Of a stretch of DNA of 64,000 bases, positions 58,117 to 64,000 are shown piece by piece. The stretch comes from an uncultured Acidobacteriaceae bacterium. GTDB taxonomy: Bacteria > Acidobacteriota > Terriglobia > Terriglobales > Acidobacteriaceae. The stretch lies in contig CAVRYB010000035.1 of NCBI GenBank assembly GCA_963725295.1, positions 4,246 to 68,245 of the forward strand. The letters are read 5' to 3'. The notes beneath the pieces were generated by a model. The model was given only the letters and a program-made list of their open reading frames with translations, ran no database searches and was not told the origin of the DNA. Each line of letters begins with the position of its first letter. Position 1 is the stretch's first letter. The position numbers were made by a program, and so were the translations under genes.

Positions 58117-59760
58117 TCAGCCGGCATGAGCCGCTCCGGCAAGATGTTGCTCGGGGTCTGAGGAGTTGTCGTCAAAGCTCTGATCGCCACCGACTTTGAA
58201 ACGTCCGACCAGTGCATGTAACTCGACAGACATCTCCACGAGTTGCCGGGCCAAGTCCTGCGTGGAACTGGCTCCCTTCGACGTACTATCGGCCGAACGC
58301 GACATTCCCGTGATGTTGCTGGTGATTTCCCCGCCGCAGCGCGACGCCTCGTTGATGTTCCGAGTCATCTCCTGGGTGGTGATGTTTTGTGCTTCCACGG
58401 CCGTGGCAATCGTGCTCGAGATGCCATTGATCTGGTTGATCACGCTGCTGATGGAAGCGATCGCCGCCACGGCTCCGCGGGTGTCGGTCTGAATCGCTTC
58501 AATCCGATGACTAATGTCCTCGGTGGCTTTGGCAGTTTCTTTGGCGAGTTCCTTGACTTCGTCGGCGACGACCGCGAAGCCCTTGCCGGCCTCGCCGGCG
58601 CGGGCCGCCTCGATGGTGGCGTTCAGGGCGAGGAGATTCGTCTGCATGGCGATGGAGGTAATCACCCGGATGACCTGGCCAATCTCCCCCGAGGAATCAC
58701 CCAATTTGGCCACGGTCGAATTGGCGGTGGTGGCGATTTCGACGGCGGAGTTTGCCACGTCGGCGGCCTCGGTGGCGTTCCGGGCGATTTCTCTGATGCT
58801 GGCGCCCATCTGCTCGGCGCCCGTGGTGGCGGTTTGCAGGTTGGCGGTGACCTGACCGGCGGCACTGGAAATGGCGGCAGCTTGCGCCGAGGTTTCGAGC
58901 GAACTGGAGAAGATCTGTTCGCTGCCTTTGTAGGCATCTTTGCTGGCGTTTTCCAGGCGGCGGGTGGCGTCCGCAACAGATGAGATCATGTGCTGCAGTT
59001 TGTCGAGGAAGGTGTTGAACCATTTCGCCAAGTCGCCAATTTCGTCGTGGGCGACAGGAATCCGCTTGGTGACGTCGCCGTCGCCCTCGGCGATTTCCTG
59101 GTAGCGGTGAACCATATCGGCAATGCGAACGAATACGGAGCGCGTAAGGACTGCCATGAGAACGATCAGCGGAATCAGACACGCGAAGGCGATGCCGATT
59201 GCTTTCCACGCGCTTTGCTTCCATGCCGCATTGACTTCGTCGATGTAGATTCCGGTCCCGACGATCCAACCCCATGGCCCAAAACGCTTGACGTAGGAAA
59301 GTTTCTGCACCGGCTCGGTCCGTCCTGGCTTAGGCCAGAGGTAATATACGAAGCCGCCACCCCGGGACCGAGCAGCCTTGACGAATTCGACGAAGACAGC
59401 CGTCCCAGCCGGGTCATGGAAGGAAGTGAGATCGGTACCGTCCATATCGGGTTTGATCGGGTGCATGATCATCGTGGGGTGATCGTCATTGATCCAAAAA
59501 TAGTTGGCTCCCTCGTAACGCATGCTGCCGATGATCGTGGCTGCTGCCTGCTGCGCCTCGGCTTCGGTGAGCTTTCCGCTCAGTTCAAGCTGGTACTCCT
59601 GCTCAAGGATGGAATAGGGAACCTCAACCAGCGTTTTCGCCCGCTGCCGTTTTTCTTCGAGCAGAGTGGAGTGTTCTTCCTGGATCCAAAAACCGGCGAC
59701 AGACAATAGCCCCGCTGCAGAAACGGCGAGCATGCCCCAGAATTTCTTTTGAAGAGTCAT
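58117..59760 (-). CDS. Methyl-accepting chemotaxis protein with single Cache (sCache_2-like) sensor
   Basis: Start [13 protein letters not shown], inside the ORF that runs to 59919. Cache-like [15 protein letters not shown]...[10 protein letters not shown]...[17 protein letters not shown] domain. MA domain with [30 protein letters not shown]. Confidence 0.88.
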   Translation of the reverse strand: MTLQKKFWGMLAVSAAGLLSVAGFWIQEEHSTLLEEKRQRAKTLVEVPYSILEQEYQLELSGKLTEAEAQQAAATIIGSMRYEGANYFWINDDHPTMIMHPIKPDMDGTDLTSFHDPAGTAVFVEFVKAARSRGGGFVYYLWPKPGRTEPVQKLSYVKRFGPWGWIVGTGIYIDEVNAAWKQSAWKAIGIAFACLIPLIVLMAVLTRSVFVRIADMVHRYQEIAEGDGDVTKRIPVAHDEIGDLAKWFNTFLDKLQHMISSVADATRRLENASKDAYKGSEQIFSSSLETSAQAAAISSAAGQVTANLQTATTGAEQMGASIREIARNATEAADVANSAVEIATTANSTVAKLGDSSGEIGQVIRVITSIAMQTNLLALNATIEAARAGEAGKGFAVVADEVKELAKETAKATEDISHRIEAIQTDTRGAVAAIASISSVINQINGISSTIATAVEAQNITTQEMTRNINEASRCGGEITSNITGMSRSADSTSKGASSTQDLARQLVEMSVELHALVGRFKVGGDQSFDDNSSDPEQHLAGAAHAG

Positions 59761-59869
59761 CGTAGGTCCACGTTGTAACAGCGCTCCTCTCGGTACTTCG
59801 GCGAGAGTCCGAACCATCGTTACCGAAGGTTGGAGCTTACGCGTCGTCTCGAATGTTCTCGAACAGCAT

Positions 59870-61510
59870 TTAAGATCCGGCTCGGGCAGCGTTGGCCCGC
59901 TCGCGAGACCTGCTGGCAAGGTCTCCGGAGTCTTCGTGCATGTCGACCTTGAACTGTTCCACCAGGCGGCGCAGCTGGGTAGAGGTTTCCACCAGTTGCT
60001 GCGATGCCTTCTGCGTGTCGGTGGCTCCCCGTGTTGTACTCTTTGCTGCCTCGGCCACCCCGGCGATGTTGCTGGTGATCTCGCCGCTGCCCTGCGCGGC
60101 TTCGCTGACGTTGCGGGTCATCTCGTTGGTGGTCGCGTTCTGCTCTTCGACGGCCGTGGCGATGGTTCCGGAAATGTCGTTGATCTGGGTGATGACGCCG
60201 CTGATCGAGCCAATGGCAGCGACGGCTTCCTTGGTGTCGGTCTGAATGGCTTCAATCTTGCGGCTGATATCTTCGGTGGCCTTGGCGGTTTCTTTGGCGA
60301 GTTCTTTGACTTCGTTGGCGACGACGGCGAAGCCCTTACCGGCCTCGCCGGCGCGGGCGGCTTCGATGGTGGCGTTCAGGGCGAGGAGATTGGTCTGCTG
60401 GGCGATGGAGGTGATGACTTTGATGACCTGACCGATTTCGGCGGAGGAGTCGCCGAGTTTGGCGACGGTGGCATTGGTGGTTTCAGCGACCTTGACGGCG
60501 GAAGTGGCGACGCGTGCGGCTTCGGTGGCGTTCTTGGCGATTTCCTTGATGCTGGCGCCCATCTGTTCGGCACCGGTGGCGACAGTATGGAGGTTCTGAC
60601 TGACCTGCTGGGCGGCAGTCGAGACGACGTTGGCCTGAGCGGAAGTTTCTTCAGAGTTGGCGGTGATCTGCTGGCTGGTGGCGTTCAGTTCCTCGCTGGC
60701 GCTGGCCACGTGGAGCGCCGAACGCGCGATCGATTGAATCAGCCCGTGCAGATTGTTTTTCATGCCGTTGAGCGCCTCTCCGGCTCGGCCGAGTTCATCT
60801 TGAGAAGTGATTTCCAAGTCCTCAGCCACAAGATTGTGGGCCGCAATCTCTTGAATCAGGGCAAGCATGCGGTTAATCGCAACGATGATGGCGCGAGTTA
60901 CGAGAATCGACACCACCAAACCGACGACCAGCCCTGCCAGCGCCAGTGCCGTCACCACCAATCGCAAGCGGGATTCGGCCGCGGATTGTTCTTTTAGAAG
61001 CTCGTCCTTCAACCGGTTTTCCAGATTCACCAGATCGTTGATGCTGTTGCGCAATTGGGTTCGCTTTTCTCCTGTCGACGCGCTGAACGCGAGCTCTTCC
61101 GCCTCTTTCGCGTTGCCCGCCCGCCGCAACTCGATTTCACGGTCGGCAATGGCGCGGTATTCGCCATAATAGCGGTGGATCTCCGCGTGTAATCTCTTGC
61201 CTTCGTCGGTGACGATGGCTTCCTGCAGCTTCTCCATGTTCTCGGAGAATTCGTTCTTCCCCTCCAAATCAATCTTCAGCAGATCTTCTCTTCCGGCAAG
61301 CAGATAGCCCCGGATTCCAGTTGTCTGCTTCTCGATCGCGGCTTCAACCTGGGAAGACATGTCCTTCTTGGTCATCATCAGAACGACGCGGTTAGAGATC
61401 TCCGTGAGCTGGCCGACCGAGGTGTAGGCGGCGTATCCCATGGCCGCGAGGATTAACAGCAATGCCCCGAAACCCGCCCCCAATTTCATTTTCAGACTTA
61501 ACCTGTTCAC
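59870..61510 (-). CDS. Methyl-accepting chemotaxis protein with CHASE3-like / 4-helix-bundle sensor
   Basis: 546 aa. [13 protein letters not shown] is CHASE3-like. HAMP domain. MA domain with [30 protein letters not shown]. Confidence 0.88.
   Translation of the reverse strand: MNRLSLKMKLGAGFGALLLILAAMGYAAYTSVGQLTEISNRVVLMMTKKDMSSQVEAAIEKQTTGIRGYLLAGREDLLKIDLEGKNEFSENMEKLQEAIVTDEGKRLHAEIHRYYGEYRAIADREIELRRAGNAKEAEELAFSASTGEKRTQLRNSINDLVNLENRLKDELLKEQSAAESRLRLVVTALALAGLVVGLVVSILVTRAIIVAINRMLALIQEIAAHNLVAEDLEITSQDELGRAGEALNGMKNNLHGLIQSIARSALHVASASEELNATSQQITANSEETSAQANVVSTAAQQVSQNLHTVATGAEQMGASIKEIAKNATEAARVATSAVKVAETTNATVAKLGDSSAEIGQVIKVITSIAQQTNLLALNATIEAARAGEAGKGFAVVANEVKELAKETAKATEDISRKIEAIQTDTKEAVAAIGSISGVITQINDISGTIATAVEEQNATTNEMTRNVSEAAQGSGEITSNIAGVAEAAKSTTRGATDTQKASQQLVETSTQLRRLVEQFKVDMHEDSGDLASRSRERANAARAGS
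60065..60586. repeat. Near-identical paralogous segment (copy A, in MCP2)
   Basis: Hand alignment with 61733-62256 shows roughly 7-10 substitutions plus two 1-nt length differences over ~522 nt. Confidence 0.85.
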
Positions 61511-61546
61511 TTACTTATCCTCCTGGCGGCGAATGCGGCGTGTCGT

Positions 61547-63240
61547 TTATCTTCCTGCACGCGCCGCCATGTTCTGGGCGGGCGGGGCAACTGCATCATT
61601 CCCACTTGTGTTGATCTTGAACTGTTCCACCAGCCGACGAAGCTTGACGGATGTGAGCACAAGGTCTTGCGCCGCTTTTTGCGTATTCGAGGCTCCGTTG
61701 GCGACGTCTTGCGCGGCGGTCGCCACGACGCTGATGTTGCTGGTGATCTCGCCGCTGCCCTGGGCGGCTTCGCTGACGTTGCGGGTCATCTCGTTGGTGG
61801 TCGCGTTCTGTTCTTCGACGGCCGTGGCGATGGTTCCGGAAATGTCGTTGATCTGGTTGATGACGCCGCTGATCGAGCCAAATGGCAGCGACGGCTTCCT
61901 TGGTGTCGGTCTGAATGGCTTCGATCTTGCGGCTGATATCTTCGGTGGCCTTGGCGGTTTCTTTGGCGAGTTCTTTGACTTCGTTGGCGACGACGGCGAA
62001 GCCCTTACCGGCCTCGCCGGCGCGGGCGGCTTCGATGGTGGCGTTCAGGGCGAGGAGATTGGTCTGCTGGGCGATGGAGGTGATGACTTTGATGACCTGT
62101 CCGATTTCGGCGGAGGAGTCGCCGAGTTTGGCGACGGTGGCATTGGTGGTTTCAGCGACCTTGACGGCGGAAGTGGCGACGCGTGGCGGCTTCGGTGGCG
62201 TTCTTGGCGATTTCCTTGATGCTGGCGCCCATCTCTTCGGCGCCGGTGGCGACAGTTTGCAGGTTCTGGCTGACGGTCTGCGCGGCCTTGAGACCACGTT
62301 CAGCTTGGGCGGAAGTCTCTCCGAGTTGGCGGTGATCTGCTGGCTGGTCGTAGTTCAGTTCCTCGCTCGCTCCCGCTTCTTCACGGCGCTGCCGAGAGAT
62401 GAGTGAATAGACCGGTGCAGATTCTCATGCAGTTGAGGGCGTTGGTTACTCGCCAATTTCGTGATCGGCGAGCACGGGCAAGTCGCGGACCGTCAGGTCA
62501 TTGGCCGCGATGCTGTTGGCCAGTGCCACAGTCCCGGACAGACGGCTTGACTACGATTTTGCGCACCGCGAAAAACACCACCGCGGAAGCAGCGAGAAGA
62601 GTGAGGAAGCTGGAGAGAAATAAGCCAAACGAATTGGCACCGGCGGTTTTCACCAGGCCATCCGTCGACGCCCGCACCGAGAAGGCTCCGCGCAGATCGC
62701 CCTTCTTCATGCCTTCCTTTTTGTAGCCGAACGGGTCCTCTCTCCGGCGGGATCGCCGTGGCACTGCAGGCAATCCTGGGTCAGACGAACCGGCTGGGCG
62801 TAGCGCATGAAGTTCTTTCCGTCTTCGACTTCCTGTTCCGAGAACTCCTTTAACTCAGGATCTTTGGCAAACGCCTCGAGCGCTCTCTGCTCAAACCCGT
62901 CGGGGCGGTTCTTGGGGTCGCGCGGGCTGAGAGAAGGAGTGGAGAATTCCATGTCACGGGTCTTGGCATACTGCTGCGCGACACTCCATGCGATCACCAC
63001 TGGCACTTGTGTAAGCGCCTTGAATTCACCCCCCGGAACCATCGTATTGATGTTGGAAGCGAACCAGTCTTTCGTGGTGCTGGCCATTCCCGTAACCTGA
63101 CGCACTTTGTCACGAAACGCCTCTTCCGCTTGCTGGTTGATGCGGCGCTGGGTGATCCAGAAGCTGATCGCGGAGGTTATCACCAGGGTGGCAACGATGG
63201 CCCCGACTATTTTCCCCGTCAATCTGACCTGTTTCAGCAT
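61547..63240 (-). pseudogene. Methyl-accepting chemotaxis protein with haem-c (CxxCH) Tll0287/DUF3365-like sensor, at least nine frame breaks
   Basis: N-terminus MLKQVRLTGKIVGAIVATLV...FMRYAQPVRLTQDCLQCHGDPAGE reads in one frame. DPFGYKKEGMKKGDLRGAF...TM, then RLSGTVALANSIAANDLTVRDLPVLADHEIGE (HAMP), [33 protein letters not shown]..., [12 protein letters not shown]...KEAVAAI and [18 protein letters not shown]...RLVEQFK fall in shifting frames. Length 1694 nt = 3n+2. Confidence 0.75.
61733..62256. repeat. Near-identical paralogous segment (copy B, in MCP3)
   Basis: Direct repeat of 60065-60586. It carries an extra A at 61880-61882 (AAA vs AA) and an extra G at 62185-62186 (GTGGCGGC vs GTGCGGC). 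Confidence 0.85.
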
Positions 63241-63368
63241 TGGTGTCCTCGCTGTTTCCCGGGCGCCCACGCGTTCCCGGTTATCCCTGAACTGGAGTTA
63301 TTGCCGTCACTCTGTCTGATCCAGAATGTCCCAGAAGCGGCCGATGGCCTGCCGAACGGGCGCCGTCC

Positions 63369-63829
63369 CTAAGCTCTTCCGGTCGCCGCAGACTCGGTTG
63401 CATCTTGCATCTGACAAGCCTTTTCAATATCCAATACATGCATGAGCCGGCCTTTCAGTTTGTGGACCCCGAGAATCATGTTGCGTACTGATCCGCGCAG
63501 GGTTTCGGGAGGCGGCTCGAAGGATCTTCTTCGACCTCGACCACATCGCCGATCTCGTCGACAACCAGGCTGACTGGACCATCTTCGGAGCGCACCACCA
63601 CGTTCATCGTCTCGCTGCCGGGCGGACTCGGCTCGAGTTCGAGGCGGCGGCGCAGATCCACCGCCGTGACAATCTGTCCGCGCAGGTTGATCAGGCCGCT
63701 TACCACCGCCGGCGCGAGCGGAACCCTCGTCATATCGAGCGCACGCATGACTTCCTGAACCCCCTTGAGTTCCACGCCAAAGAGCAGCTTGTCGAGATAG
63801 AACGTGCAGAATTGTGAAGTGTGCGCCAT
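63369..63829 (-). pseudogene. cheW: Chemotaxis coupling protein CheW, one frameshift near 63518-63528
   Basis: MAHTSQFCTFYLDKLLFGVELKGVQEV...SLVVDEIGDVVEVEED continues in another frame as FEPPPETLRGSVRNMILGVHKLKGRLMHVLDIEKAC...TGRA-stop at 63369. Length 461 nt = 3n+2. Confidence 0.7.
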
Positions 63830-63834
63830 GGCTG

Positions 63835-64000
63835 TCAGTTCGCTCCTCCCGCGGATTTTGCCATCAGGCCGGACCGGGCGTTGTTCACATCCGCCGCACG
63901 GAGGATGGCCGGGATGTCGAGCAGTTCCGTGACGTGTTCGCCAATGACGACGGAACAAAGGACGTTGGCGCGAGTGGCTGCGGACTTGACTGCGGCGCGG
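63835..64000 (-). CDS. cheA: CheA histidine kinase, C-terminal (CheW-like domain) fragment, truncated by the window edge
   Basis: The frame ending in TGA at 63835-63837 reads ...ATRANVLCSVVIGEHVTELLDIPAILRAADVNNARSGLMAKSAGGAN. The call rests on position just upstream of cheW. Only ~55 residues are visible. Confidence 0.4.
   Translation of the reverse strand, partial: RAAVKSAATRANVLCSVVIGEHVTELLDIPAILRAADVNNARSGLMAKSAGGAN

Noticed and set aside
62759-62774. TGGCAC-N5-GCAA resembling a sigma-54 promoter
   Set aside because: It does not match the TTGC -12 element. It lies inside the MCP3 coding region, on the strand opposite to transcription.
59870-63240. Repeated MCP segments as a CRISPR array or mobile-element repeat
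   Set aside because: The repeats are ~0.5 kb of coding sequence from paralogous signalling domains. They are not short repeat-spacer units. No cas genes, transposase or integrase are nearby.

Overview
This 64-kb window comes from a moderately GC-rich bacterial chromosome. The protein sequences look Acidobacteriota/Terriglobia-like, but that is inference only. I found no rRNA, tRNA, CRISPR array, transposase, integrase or phage genes.

Layout:
1. 0.1-27.3 kb: one plus-strand Wzx/Wzy-type polysaccharide locus. It holds pseI, six GT4 and one GT2 glycosyltransferases, Wzx, Wzy, two SAM methyltransferases and a UDP-glucuronate-4-epimerase-like SDR. It also holds three divergent AsnB-family amidotransferases, a bi-domain oxidoreductase, a NodU-type carbamoyltransferase, and an Asp-box beta-propeller coupled to a D-glucuronyl C5-epimerase homologue.
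2. 27.4-30.2 kb: divergent wza-like exporter and WecA-like initiating transferase.
3. 30.3-41.2 kb: signalling and envelope genes. These are a PilZ-GAF-TM-Sel1 protein, an AmmeMemoRadiSam radical SAM enzyme, a lipoprotein, an S9 peptidase, an unusual GAF-TM-AMIN-amidase, an SDR epimerase and a small PilZ protein.
4. 41.3-48.1 kb, minus strand: housekeeping block tig-clpP-clpX-lon-(small TM)-engB.
5. 48.4-55.1 kb: family-5 uracil-DNA glycosylase, an ECF sigma/anti-sigma/secreted-protein operon, murB flanked by octamer repeat arrays, bacilliredoxin, hypothetical proteins and a beta-barrel OMP.
6. 55.1-64.0 kb, minus strand: chemosensory operon cheA(partial)-cheW-MCP3-MCP2-MCP1-cheB-cheR-HDOD.

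The most striking sequence-level observation is about 22 reading-frame breaks concentrated in only six genes: an unknown polysaccharide gene, wzy, the oxidoreductase, the carbamoyltransferase, MCP3 and cheW. All neighbouring genes are intact. For MCP3, two of the breaks can be seen directly as single-base insertions relative to a ~98% identical 0.52-kb segment in the adjacent paralogue MCP2. I cannot tell from sequence alone whether these breaks are real gene decay or locally unpolished assembly. I did not recognise a defence or otherwise clearly novel multi-gene system. The candidates worth follow-up are listed in the findings.
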